The translations under genes and the position numbers were made by a program. From a bacterium (GTDB taxonomy: Bacteria > Auribacterota > JABMQX01): a stretch of DNA of 64,000 nt. The notes beneath the pieces were generated by a model that was not told the DNA's origin, made no database searches, and worked only from the letters and a program-made list of their open reading frames with translations. Location: contig JAUYEE010000291.1 of assembly GCA_030691545.1 (NCBI GenBank), positions 147 to 64,146 of the forward strand, in the 5' to 3' direction. This document shows, in pieces, positions 9,339-18,724 of this stretch (positions within the stretch are counted from its first letter, which is position 1; each line of letters starts with the position of its first letter).

Positions 9339-10361
9339 ATGACGCAGTGTGATCGGCGAGAAGTGACGCAGGTGGTCCTCGAACATGCTCGGCAAATGGC
9401 GCAGCAATGCGGGGCGAGGACGTTGGTGGTTTGCGCGGACGTGTTTACTTCGCCGCAAGAGCTGAAAGAACGCCTGGCGGGGAAAGAGGAGGGGAAGACG
9501 GTCATCGTGACGCGCGACGCCGCTGCATTTCAAGATATTCTCACGGAACAAATCCGGACGATCGAGGTGCCGGCGGTGGACCTGACGCGAATGGGTCAGA
9601 TCAAAATGGCGATTCTGCTTGGGACGTCGCACAATGTGTTGGGGCAGGGCGACCGGCTGGTTTGTCTTTCCGGAGTTCCCCGAAGCGACGATATGGACAC
9701 GGTGCTGTTCACGGAAGTGAGCGAAGAGTTCGAGATGTTCGCGGCCCGGGGAGGAGCGGAAATCCGGAAGCACGCGAATCCGGAAGTATTTGAGAGGGTG
9801 CTGGACATCGCCGTGGAACTGGGACAAGAGGGGCGAGAAGGCAAGCCGGTTGGGGCGATTTTCGTGATCGGAGACATCGAACGGGTGAAGGAGTTCTCGG
9901 AGCCGTTGATGTTGAACCCGCTCCAGGGGCACTCGGAGAGCCATCGGAACATCCTCTCCCCCGGTCTGCGGGAGACAGTCAAAGAGCTTTCGTCCCTCGA
10001 TGGGGCGTTTCTGATTCGGGACGATGGTGTGGTGGACGCCGCGGGGATGTTTCTTCGGTCGGTGATTCCGGGGAGCGAGCTCCCCCACGGGCTGGGGGCA
10101 AGGCATCGCTCGGCGGCGGGGATTACTGCCGCGACGGATGCGACGGCGATCACGGTGAGCGAATCTACGGGAACGGTCACAGTATTCCGTGGGGGGCGAA
10201 TCATCATCGAGATCGAGAAGCCGCGACCGATCGGTTCCCTGGCCCCTGAGCCGAAAGAGCTCTTGTACAAGGGCGGGTCGGGCGAGGGAAAGGGGCCGCG
10301 GAACCGAGGGCGCGGGTCCCGGGAGAGCCGAAAAAAGCTGTCCGAATCAACTAAGGAATAG
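9339..10361 (+). CDS. Diadenylate cyclase (DAC/DisA_N domain) with ~165-aa N-terminal regulatory domain and low-complexity basic tail
   Basis: The C-terminal half carries the DAC hallmarks: DGAFLIRDDG (the DGA motif) and GARHRSAAGITAATDATAITVSESTGTVTVFRGGRI (the GxRHR..VSE.TG motif). A GGAGG RBS lies upstream. Confidence 0.7.
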   Translation: MTQCDRREVTQVVLEHARQMAQQCGARTLVVCADVFTSPQELKERLAGKEEGKTVIVTRDAAAFQDILTEQIRTIEVPAVDLTRMGQIKMAILLGTSHNVLGQGDRLVCLSGVPRSDDMDTVLFTEVSEEFEMFAARGGAEIRKHANPEVFERVLDIAVELGQEGREGKPVGAIFVIGDIERVKEFSEPLMLNPLQGHSESHRNILSPGLRETVKELSSLDGAFLIRDDGVVDAAGMFLRSVIPGSELPHGLGARHRSAAGITAATDATAITVSESTGTVTVFRGGRIIIEIEKPRPIGSLAPEPKELLYKGGSGEGKGPRNRGRGSRESRKKLSESTKE

Positions 10362-10380
10362 ATGTGAGGACAGAAGGAAC

Positions 10381-12708
10381 ATGATCAGCGAATTCGATGT
10401 GCTGAGAAGAATCGGAGTAATCGGCAATTATCTTCCTCGGCGCTGCGGGATCGCAACCTTCACGACAGACCTGTGCGAAGCGCTGGCGGCCGAGGCGCCG
10501 GGGGCGCGGATCGCGGCCATCGCGATGAATGATGTCCCGGAAGGGTATCGGTATCCGCCGCGGGTGCGATTCGAGGTCCAGGAGACCAACCTTCGGGACT
10601 ACGAGCTGGCGGCAGGTTTTCTGAACATGAACCGGTTTGACCTCGTGTGCGTGCAACACGAGTACGGGATTTTCGGGGGGGATTTTGGCAGTCACATCCT
10701 TCTCCTTCTCCGTGAGATGCGAATGCCGATCATCACAACCCTGCATACTGTGTTGAAGGACCCCGGAGAAGAACAGCGAGCGATCTTGAAGGACCTCGCG
10801 AAGCTTTCGGACCGAGTGGTGGTGATGAGCGAGACGGCGGTGGGGTTTCTCAAGGACATCTACAAGGTGCCGGAGTCAAAGATTGCTTTCATTCACCACG
10901 GCATCCCGGACGTGCCGTTTGTGGACCCGAACTACTACAAGGACCTTCTCGCAGTCGAAGGACGGAGGGTGATTCTGACGTTCGGGCTTCTGTCGCCGGG
11001 CAAGGGAATCGAATACATGATCGGGGCTTTGCCGGAGGTGGTGAAGAAATACCCAGATGTGGCTTACATTGTGTTGGGGGCGACCCACCCGCACGTCAGC
11101 CGGACCTCGGACAGGGAGTACCGCCTGAACCTCCAGAGCCTGGCATTGGAGTTGGGGATGCAGGACCACGTCATATTTCATAATCGGTTCGTTGAAATGG
11201 AGGAGCTGTGCGAGTTCTTAGGGGCAGCGGACCTTTACGTGACGCCGTACATCAACGAGGCTCAAATTGTTTCGGGGACGCTGGCGTATTCTCTCGGAAG
11301 CGGCAAGGCGGTGATTTCGACGCCGTACTGGTACGCGCGGGACATGCTGGCGGGAAATCGCGGCCGATTGGTTGGCTTCCGAAATTCCGGGGAATTGGCG
11401 GCTCAGTGCATAGCCCTGTTCGACAACGAGACCGAGCGGCACGCGATGCGAAAGCGCGCGTACATCTACTGCCGGGACATGGTGTGGAAGGAGGTGGCCC
11501 GGCGGTACATGGAGGTTTTCGCGGAGGCGAGAGCGGAGCGGCGGCGAGTGCCTCGGGCATTGAAAGCGGTCATTCCGGAGCCGGCGAGCGGCGAGCTGCC
11601 GAGGATTCGGCTTTCCCATTTGCAGCTTCTGACAGATGACACGGGCATGTTGCAGCATGCGCGGTACACGGTGCCGGACCGTGAGCACGGCTATTGTACG
11701 GATGACAATGCGCGGGCGCTGGTCGCGGCTCTCATGGCGTCCCGGCTTCTCTCGGCGGACTCGGTTCTGGATACCCTGGCGACGCGGTATCTGAGTTTCT
11801 TAGAGTACGCGTTTGACGAGAAGGCAGGGCGCTTTCGAAACTTCATGACGTATGACCGGCGATGGATCGAAAAATGCGGCTCGGAGGACAGCCACGGGCG
11901 TTCGCTCATGGGGTTGGGAATGGCCGTGGCCTACGGGCGGAATAAGGGGCATGTGGGCGTGGCCATGGAGCTGTTTCAGCGGGCCCTCCCCGCAATGGAG
12001 AAGTTCAGTTCGCTCCGTGCCATTGCGTTTGCCTTGATCGGACTGGAGTACTACCTGAAACGCTATCACGGGGACTCCGACGCGAGGCGAAGGCTGCAAC
12101 TCCTTGCCGAGCGGCTGTTGAACGCCTTCAACGGGTATGCCACGGAAGACTGGCCATGGCCCGAGGAGATGCTCTCGTATGCAAACGCAAAGCTTCCTCA
12201 TGCGCTGTTGCTGGCCGGACGCAGCCTGGAGCACAGCGAGATGACGGAAATAGGGCTTCGGGCAATAGAGTGGCTGGTTCGCATTCAGACCTCGCCGGAA
12301 CGCTGTTTTTCGCCGGTGGGAAGCCAGGGATGGTACCGAAAGGGAGGGGTGAAGGCGCGCTTTGACCAGCAGCCCATCGAGGCACATGCGATGATCGAGG
12401 CGTGCATCGAGGCTCATCGCATCACGGACAACGAGCAGTGGCTCAACGAGGCGTGGCGGTGCTTCGAGTGGTTTCTTGGGCGGAATGACTTGCGTCTTCC
12501 CCTCTACGACTACTCGACGGGGGGGTGTCGAGACGGCCTGCATCCGGACCGCCTGAATGAAAACCAGGGAGCCGAGTCCACGCTTTCGTGGCTGTTAGCG
12601 CTTCTGACGATGTACCAGCGCCGGACAGAGATGGCCCTGACGGGAGCGCAAGAGGAACCTCTTGCAGAAAAGACTCCCGCCGCCGCGGGAAGCGCCTCAC
12701 AGGCATAA
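10381..12708 (+). CDS. Glycosyltransferase family 4 (GT-B) fused to a ~400-aa C-terminal (alpha/alpha)6-barrel-like domain
   Basis: The N-terminal GT4 fold is recognised by sequence, and the C-terminal part contains the EX7E-like region (YINEAQIVSGTLAYSLGSGKAV). The C-terminal domain is rich in W/Y helical repeats (HGYCTDDNARALVAALMA...). Start is taken at ATG 10381 (MISEFDVLRRIGVIGNY). Confidence 0.7.
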   Translation: MISEFDVLRRIGVIGNYLPRRCGIATFTTDLCEALAAEAPGARIAAIAMNDVPEGYRYPPRVRFEVQETNLRDYELAAGFLNMNRFDLVCVQHEYGIFGGDFGSHILLLLREMRMPIITTLHTVLKDPGEEQRAILKDLAKLSDRVVVMSETAVGFLKDIYKVPESKIAFIHHGIPDVPFVDPNYYKDLLAVEGRRVILTFGLLSPGKGIEYMIGALPEVVKKYPDVAYIVLGATHPHVSRTSDREYRLNLQSLALELGMQDHVIFHNRFVEMEELCEFLGAADLYVTPYINEAQIVSGTLAYSLGSGKAVISTPYWYARDMLAGNRGRLVGFRNSGELAAQCIALFDNETERHAMRKRAYIYCRDMVWKEVARRYMEVFAEARAERRRVPRALKAVIPEPASGELPRIRLSHLQLLTDDTGMLQHARYTVPDREHGYCTDDNARALVAALMASRLLSADSVLDTLATRYLSFLEYAFDEKAGRFRNFMTYDRRWIEKCGSEDSHGRSLMGLGMAVAYGRNKGHVGVAMELFQRALPAMEKFSSLRAIAFALIGLEYYLKRYHGDSDARRRLQLLAERLLNAFNGYATEDWPWPEEMLSYANAKLPHALLLAGRSLEHSEMTEIGLRAIEWLVRIQTSPERCFSPVGSQGWYRKGGVKARFDQQPIEAHAMIEACIEAHRITDNEQWLNEAWRCFEWFLGRNDLRLPLYDYSTGGCRDGLHPDRLNENQGAESTLSWLLALLTMYQRRTEMALTGAQEEPLAEKTPAAAGSASQA

Positions 12709-12731
12709 TGGGCGCAAAGCCAGCCTGTCGT

Positions 12732-13697
12732 TCAGGCGAAAGCCTTTCTGAGAAGCTCCACGCTTTTCTTGACGCCGGAATTGGGGTCTTCCTTGCCCTC
12801 ATATTCGAGCGAGATGTATCCCGTGTACCCCACCTTTCGGAGGATGTTGGCAATTCGGTCATAGTCCAGGTCGAGGGTGTACCACTCTCCGCCGCCGAAA
12901 TAGGTCTTGGCGTGAACGAGTACGGCGTGGGGGGCGAGTTTCTCGAGTTCGTCATACGGCTCTTCGAGGAAGTTTCCCGTGTCCATAGTGCCGCCGAGCC
13001 ACGGGGACTGGATGGCGTTGAGAATGCGAAGGACTCCCTCGGCGGTTCGGGTCAATCCCCAATGGTTTTCGAGGGCAAGAATCACACCAGCCTTTTCAGC
13101 TCGCGGGAGGCACTTCTCGATGGACGAGATGACCCATGCAAAGGCGTCGTCCTCGGAGAAACCCTCCAGCGGCGGTTCCAGTCCCCGTTTCGCCATCAGC
13201 TCGTCGAAAGATTTGATTGTGCCCCAGCGGCCGGAATTGAGGCGAATCGAGGGAATTCCCATCTCGTGGGCGAGGTCAATGCAGCGAAGGGTGTGGTCAA
13301 TCTGAGTCTGGCGTTTTGCCTCGTCCGGGGAAACGAAGTTCTGGTGGATGGATAGCGCGTAGAGGTCGAGGCCGTTGATGAAGGCGAGGCGTTTCAGTTT
13401 CTGGAGGTACGCCGGGGTCTCCTCGGTCATCTGGACGTGAAGGACTTCGATGCCGTCGAGCTCGAGAGCACAGGCTTTCTCAATGACGGCTTCGATAGGC
13501 ACCTTCTCCTCGCGGAAATGCCAGTAGGAGTAAGTGGAAGTGCCAAGTTGAAAACGGCATTTGTCGGACCGGTCGGACTTGTCCGACCTGGGTTGAGAGG
13601 AGGGACTGGGTTCCGATCCAGACGCATATCGCGATAGGGATGCCGCGGACGTGGCGAGCACCGTCTTGGTCATGAATTCACGCCTTGAGATTTTCAT
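12732..13697 (-). CDS. Tat-exported sugar phosphate isomerase/epimerase (xylose isomerase-like TIM barrel)
   Basis: The twin-arginine signal is MKISRREFMTKTVLATSAASL. Motifs match the AP-endonuclease-2/xylose-isomerase-like TIM barrel fold. Start is taken at the internal ATG 13697. Confidence 0.7.
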   Translation of the reverse strand: MKISRREFMTKTVLATSAASLSRYASGSEPSPSSQPRSDKSDRSDKCRFQLGTSTYSYWHFREEKVPIEAVIEKACALELDGIEVLHVQMTEETPAYLQKLKRLAFINGLDLYALSIHQNFVSPDEAKRQTQIDHTLRCIDLAHEMGIPSIRLNSGRWGTIKSFDELMAKRGLEPPLEGFSEDDAFAWVISSIEKCLPRAEKAGVILALENHWGLTRTAEGVLRILNAIQSPWLGGTMDTGNFLEEPYDELEKLAPHAVLVHAKTYFGGGEWYTLDLDYDRIANILRKVGYTGYISLEYEGKEDPNSGVKKSVELLRKAFA

Positions 13698-13909
13698 CGA
13701 AACACTCCTTGCCTTCGAACATAATTGGACGATGAGCGCGACGGGCCGAGAGCCGACCGCCGGGTTGTCATTTGGCTTTCCGATGGTTCCGCAACACAAG
13801 TTACGCTGCGAATGAAAACTCTGCAAGAGAAAACACCCGGCGCCCGCTGACGGCCGCGGAAGATCGCACTGTGGTGAGTCGAGAACAGAAAGGAGAATGA
13901 GAAGGAGAA

Positions 13910-14842
13910 ATGCCGACGACAAGTCCTCTGGAACTGAAGGATCAACCGCTGGTCATGGAAAGGCTTTGGCGATACCCGCCGGAGGTTTCGGAGCTGACGT
14001 TTACGAATCTCTTCGTATGGCGGAAGTCGCGGCCGATCACTTTCGCGGAAGTGGACGGTTCGCTGGTATTCTTCGTCGAGGCAGAGGAGGCGGGCGTCGT
14101 GCGCCGGGTGATGTTTGGGCCGCCCATCGGAGAAGTCTCGGCCTTGGAGGTCATCGAATCGCTGGGTGAGGAGATTGAAGGCGCCGTGCGAATGGCGCAC
14201 AAGGGAGCGAATGAGCTGGCGGTCGCGGGCTTCCGTATGGAAGAGGATAGGGATAACTGGGACTACGTGTACCGGGTGAAGGACCTGTCGGAACTGGCAG
14301 GGCGGCGCTTTCATAAAAAGAGGAACCAGGTCAAACAGTGCTTGGAAGCCCACGAATGTATGCACGAGAAGATAACCGAGCAGAATCTCCCCGAATGCGT
14401 TGATTTTCAAGAGCGATGGTGCAAGGCGCGGCGATGCGGTGCGGAACCCGGACTGTGTCGGGAAAACCTTGCGGTTCGCGAGATGCTCGAGCACTACTAT
14501 GAGTTGGGGTTGTTCGGCAGCGCCGTTCGTGTTGACGGGAGGATCGAGGCGTATGCGGTCGGGGAGGAGTTGAGCCCGGGCACGGCAGTGTGTCATTTTG
14601 AAAAGGCAGTGCCGGGAATCCAGGGGCTTGGGCAGCTCATCAACCAGTGGTTTGCGAAGTATTCGCTAAGCGGATATGAATTCGTGAATCGAGAGCAGGA
14701 CCTTGGCATTCCGGGGCTGCGTCAGGCGAAGGAAAGCTATTATCCGCACCACATGGTCGAGAAGCTCAAGGTGGTTTTGAAGCCCGGTATGACGTCGTTT
14801 CCGGTGGCCATCGAGACGCACGAATGTGACAGACACTCCTGA
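13910..14842 (+). CDS. DUF2156-like protein (MprF C-terminal-domain-like, GNAT fold) - tentative
   Basis: The motif LTFTNLFVWRKSRP is recalled from the lysyl-PG synthase C-terminal domain family. The size is ~310 aa. Preceded by an AGGAGAA RBS. Confidence 0.4.
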   Translation: MPTTSPLELKDQPLVMERLWRYPPEVSELTFTNLFVWRKSRPITFAEVDGSLVFFVEAEEAGVVRRVMFGPPIGEVSALEVIESLGEEIEGAVRMAHKGANELAVAGFRMEEDRDNWDYVYRVKDLSELAGRRFHKKRNQVKQCLEAHECMHEKITEQNLPECVDFQERWCKARRCGAEPGLCRENLAVREMLEHYYELGLFGSAVRVDGRIEAYAVGEELSPGTAVCHFEKAVPGIQGLGQLINQWFAKYSLSGYEFVNREQDLGIPGLRQAKESYYPHHMVEKLKVVLKPGMTSFPVAIETHECDRHS

Positions 14843-14997
14843 GGCATGGGAGGACGGCCCGGGCACTCGGAGAGTTTTGTCGGGAGCACAAGCCGACGAG
14901 GAGGCGCGCCGAGCTTCTACGCTATTTCGCTGGCACGGTCTTGTCCCGCGCTGGAAGGGCCGCACGCCATCCAGCGTGGAGAGTCTTGCTGAGGTCC

Positions 14998-16572
14998 TCA
15001 ATCGGGTTTGACTGAAATCGTCAACTCCTCGCCAGCTTCGAGGGCAATCGGCAGTCCATTTCGCAAAGACTCGCCTGTCATGGCGCGAGCCGTACCGGAA
15101 TCCATCTTGACCGTGTAGTTGTGTTTCGGGTTCACCGTGAAATATTCGGGCAGGTAGTTGATGCGAGGCCAGTCGTGCGCGAAATTGAACCAGAGGCTGT
15201 GACGCGGCACATCAAAAATCAATCTGCCTTTCCAGGGCTCCTTCGCACTGACATAGATGACCACGCCATCACCATCGCGTGCGGCGCCGAGCTTCAAATC
15301 GTCTCGCCACTTCGGGATGTGAATGCCCTGGGTTTTGCTCAGTGCATAAAGCGTGACCGTCCGAATCGCGTTGCACTCGAACTTGCTCGTGCCGGGGATG
15401 GGCTTGCCGATAAGGGCGTCGGCGACTTCGCGGTCCGCCCACTGAACGCCTTCCTCGACGGGCACGACATTCAATAGATAAATGGCTCCCTCGATGGAAT
15501 CGGCGTGGCCGTCAATGTTCGTGCCTTCCCAGGGATACAGGTGGTATTTCGGCTTGGCGAGATTCGTCAGCGGCGTGCGGATGACATCCCGGTACTTCGC
15601 GTCGCCGGTGACGAGGTAATAGCAGTAAAAGGAGACGTAGTTGTAACCCCAGTTGTCGGTGAGGGGCTTGTCATCGTGGGGGCCGGGCGTGTCGGCGAGA
15701 GTGTTGAGCAGCAAGCCGTCGGAGTTGAGTCCGCGTTCGAGGATGGTATCGAGCATTTTCTTGATGAGGGGGCGGTATCGCTTTTCCTCCTCCGGCGCGA
15801 CGGAGGACAAGACGCCTTGAAGAAGCCCAAGCCCGCCGATCAGCTCGCAGCCGTGGTCGTCGAGGTAGCGGGGAACGAAGGAAGGGTCGTTCAGGTAATA
15901 GTCCGCGATGCGCCGGGCGTATTCGAGGTATCTCTGATCCCCTGTCAATCCGAACAGTCGCACGAGGACCTGCATGTGGTCGCCATTCACCTCAAGGTTT
16001 GAAGAGACGAGCTTGCCATACGGAGTGTCAATCCCGGCGCGCTTCCAGAGTTCGTCTGCAATGGCTTTCATGCGGTCGAGCCACTCGCCCGGCCCGGTGG
16101 CCTCGACGACGGCAACGAGGCCGTCTTTCATGTATTCCGATGCGCCGAAGACCACAGAGTCGTAGGGCTGGCTGACCTGTTTTTCGGAAGTGCGGAAATC
16201 GTAGTCAACGGGGATTGCGCCGTGCTGGGAGCAGAGGTTGATTTCGGCATGAAGGGCGTCGCGGACCGGTCCCTCGAAAGCTTCACGGTTGGTAAAGTAA
16301 GCAGCCCAAGCGAGGAAAGGATAGCAGTCCGCGGCAGTGTCGCGGTAGTTCCACGAGTCGCCGGTGGCGCGGAACAGCTTCGTCTTCGGGTCAATCTTTG
16401 GGAGCGCGACCTCGTGCAGCCAGCGGTGCATCTCGGTGAACGCGGGGGCGGCGAGGTCTGCATTCTTACTCGCAAGCTCTCGCGGCGAAGATGCGAGACA
16501 GAGCGGTGCCGAGAGAAGCCGGACAAGCGAAACCGTGAAAACAGGGACCAATTGTCGCTTCGCAAGAGACAT
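14998..16572 (-). CDS. Secreted hypothetical protein, alpha-helical (possible (alpha/alpha)6 glycoside-hydrolase-like)
   Basis: Signal peptide is present. A GGAGGAAAAATCATG RBS precedes it. The sequence is W/Y-rich and helical. Confidence 0.5.
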   Translation of the reverse strand: MSLAKRQLVPVFTVSLVRLLSAPLCLASSPRELASKNADLAAPAFTEMHRWLHEVALPKIDPKTKLFRATGDSWNYRDTAADCYPFLAWAAYFTNREAFEGPVRDALHAEINLCSQHGAIPVDYDFRTSEKQVSQPYDSVVFGASEYMKDGLVAVVEATGPGEWLDRMKAIADELWKRAGIDTPYGKLVSSNLEVNGDHMQVLVRLFGLTGDQRYLEYARRIADYYLNDPSFVPRYLDDHGCELIGGLGLLQGVLSSVAPEEEKRYRPLIKKMLDTILERGLNSDGLLLNTLADTPGPHDDKPLTDNWGYNYVSFYCYYLVTGDAKYRDVIRTPLTNLAKPKYHLYPWEGTNIDGHADSIEGAIYLLNVVPVEEGVQWADREVADALIGKPIPGTSKFECNAIRTVTLYALSKTQGIHIPKWRDDLKLGAARDGDGVVIYVSAKEPWKGRLIFDVPRHSLWFNFAHDWPRINYLPEYFTVNPKHNYTVKMDSGTARAMTGESLRNGLPIALEAGEELTISVKPD

Positions 16573-16608
16573 GATTTTTCCTCCGATTCACTCTTTAAGG
16601 CAATCCGT

Positions 16609-18159
16609 TTACCAACCTTGTGATGCAGGCTTCCAGCCTGCTGATGCTCGTGGCAGATTTTGCTCAAGTTCGCTACTCAGAACTGACGGGCACCAGTATT
16701 TCTCGATGTGCTGAACGACAAGCTCGGTCCCCTCGTCGTGGGGGACGTAAGGCGGCAGCTTAGGGCTGTACATGGTGTCGGTGAGGTCGCGAACGAGGAC
16801 GCAGCGGATTCCCCAGCGGGTCATCTGTCGAATCGCGAACGACCTGCCGAGCACGCACATGTTTGTGTGGACGCCCATCACGAGGAGGTTGTTGATGCCC
16901 TGCTGTCGGAGGAAGTTGTAAACCTCCGTCCCGTTATCACTGATGCCATCGTATTCGCCTATCTCAATGGTGGGGTTCTGGCGCGTCCAGGCCATATAGC
17001 TGCGGCAGACCGGTTCGTCGAAGCAGCCGCCTTCCGATCCGACTTCAATGGGTAACGTGCGAGTCGGCAAATCGCGGTCTTTCGGAATGGGCAAAGCAGG
17101 CGCAAGCATCATGCGGCGGCGCTGTGGCGAATCCGCGTAAAAAGCCATGGTCTCCGAAGGACAATGGATAATCTGGATGCCTTTGGCGCGGGCAGCGTTG
17201 ACCACCGTGGCCATTTTCTTCGCGATCACCTCGCATCTCTCCGTGGCCCCGCGACACCAGTGCTTATCCCACATGTCGCAGATGAGGATGGCTGTCTCCG
17301 CGATGGGAAGCTCTTTCTCAACAACGACTTCGTCCCATTCGCCGCTGCCCTTGAAGGTCTCGACGCGTGCGCGGAGGGGAAGGCGGAGCGTGCCTTCGGG
17401 CTTTGGCCGTTGCGGAGGAGGCGGAGGTTCTTTCCGCTGCATCTCGCGCTTGGCTGTCCAGAATAAGGCGTTGGCGAGTAATCGCCGGAATGTAGCGTTT
17501 TCAAAATCGCCCGGCGAGCCAAGAGACGTGTAGAAAACACGCGCGCCGTTGTTAAGGCGAGTCCAGGCGACTGGCTGAGAGCCATCCGACCACGGGGTTG
17601 CGCCGGTCATTAGAAGCGTGCAGTCGTCGGCGAGGGGAGCGGTCTTGTACAAGCTGGCCTTAGATTGAAAGGAGACGATGCCATCGAGGACAGGGTGGTT
17701 CTTCGCTTCGGGATTCACCTTCGTTGCGGCAGTGGGCTCGCTTCCGAAATGGCCGGTGTAGTTGCCGCCGAGAATGAGTTTGTCGAACTCGAGCCAATTC
17801 TGAAAGCCGTGACTCGCGGTGCGCACAGCGACGATCGGACGACCGGAGAGGCAATACTTCTTGACGCGGTCAAGTTGCTCGCCCGTGATGGTCAGTCTGC
17901 GGGTGAAGAACAACGCAACGTCGCATTTGTCGAGCGCCTCGAGACCGGGCAAATCATCTTGCCTTGTCGCCTTCAGCAATGTCACCTCAACGTTATAGTT
18001 GTTTTCGAGATACTCTTTGTAGGCGGCAAGGGACTCGTCGGACTTATATTCCCACGAGCCAGACAGCATGCAAACCCGGACAGGCTCGGGTTCTCCAGCG
18101 TGAACGGATGCGGCAAAAACAAGTAATGCGCTCGCCAGAAAAGTCATCGCCTTGTACAT
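16609..18159 (-). CDS. Secreted fusion protein: ThuA-like (class I glutamine-amidotransferase-like) domain + isochorismatase-family cysteine hydrolase domain
   Basis: The N-terminal half carries the ThuA-like motif PIVAVRTASHGFQNWLEFDKLILGGNYTGHFG. The C-terminal half is isochorismatase-like (LLVMGVHTNMCVLGRSFAIRQ). Signal peptide is present. GGAGG RBS upstream. Confidence 0.6.
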   Translation of the reverse strand: MYKAMTFLASALLVFAASVHAGEPEPVRVCMLSGSWEYKSDESLAAYKEYLENNYNVEVTLLKATRQDDLPGLEALDKCDVALFFTRRLTITGEQLDRVKKYCLSGRPIVAVRTASHGFQNWLEFDKLILGGNYTGHFGSEPTAATKVNPEAKNHPVLDGIVSFQSKASLYKTAPLADDCTLLMTGATPWSDGSQPVAWTRLNNGARVFYTSLGSPGDFENATFRRLLANALFWTAKREMQRKEPPPPPQRPKPEGTLRLPLRARVETFKGSGEWDEVVVEKELPIAETAILICDMWDKHWCRGATERCEVIAKKMATVVNAARAKGIQIIHCPSETMAFYADSPQRRRMMLAPALPIPKDRDLPTRTLPIEVGSEGGCFDEPVCRSYMAWTRQNPTIEIGEYDGISDNGTEVYNFLRQQGINNLLVMGVHTNMCVLGRSFAIRQMTRWGIRCVLVRDLTDTMYSPKLPPYVPHDEGTELVVQHIEKYWCPSVLSSELEQNLPRASAGWKPASQGW

Positions 18160-18439
18160 GGAGGTAACCTCCCGGTCTTTTTTCGCTTAGCACTCTTCAT
18201 TATACGTTCTTACACGTCAAACGTTTCTGACGGGGTCGGGGACCCGTTCCGACACTTCGAGATCGGTCACTCCTCGAGAAATGCCATCGCAAAACGCACG
18301 GAAGACAATCCGGACCCGCCGTTACCCAGGCGGCTCGCCTTTAACCTTATAGACAACGAGAAAGTTGCTGTCAACAAAGTTGGCGATTCTTGGCGTCAGG
18401 ACGGTTTTGCCACACACCGCCATTGGAGACCACCCCGCT

Positions 18440-18660
18440 TTCACGGTGACGGAAGGGGCGCAATAGTCCGATGCGACTATAATAGAGCCGCACCCCGACG
18501 AAAGGGCGCGGCATCTATGAGGGGGTATGGATGAATCCCCTCATCGAGAAGTCCCGCCTCGGGCGGGGCTGAAGCCCGTGTCTAACCCCGCCGGTGGCAG
18601 GGCTAAAGCCCGGCGCGGAGGGATTGCATGCGAAGCGAGGGGATCGTGGAGAAGGCGGGA
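18440..18660. repeat. Intergenic modular repeat, copy 1 (shares modules with 37.1-37.5 kb and 43.5-43.7 kb)
   Basis: TGAGGGGGTATGGATGAATCCCCTCATCGAGAAG is a near-perfect inverted match to 37418-37452. GAAGGGGCGCAATAGTCC...ACTATAATAGAGCCGCA matches 43636-43682. GGGCTGAAGCCC/GGGCTAAAGCCC motifs match 37335-37380. Confidence 0.7.
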
Positions 18661-18724
18661 GATGAGCCTGGGGGGGGACAAGCCGCACAAATGCAGCCCC
18701 GCCTGTAGCGGGGTCGCCTTCTCT

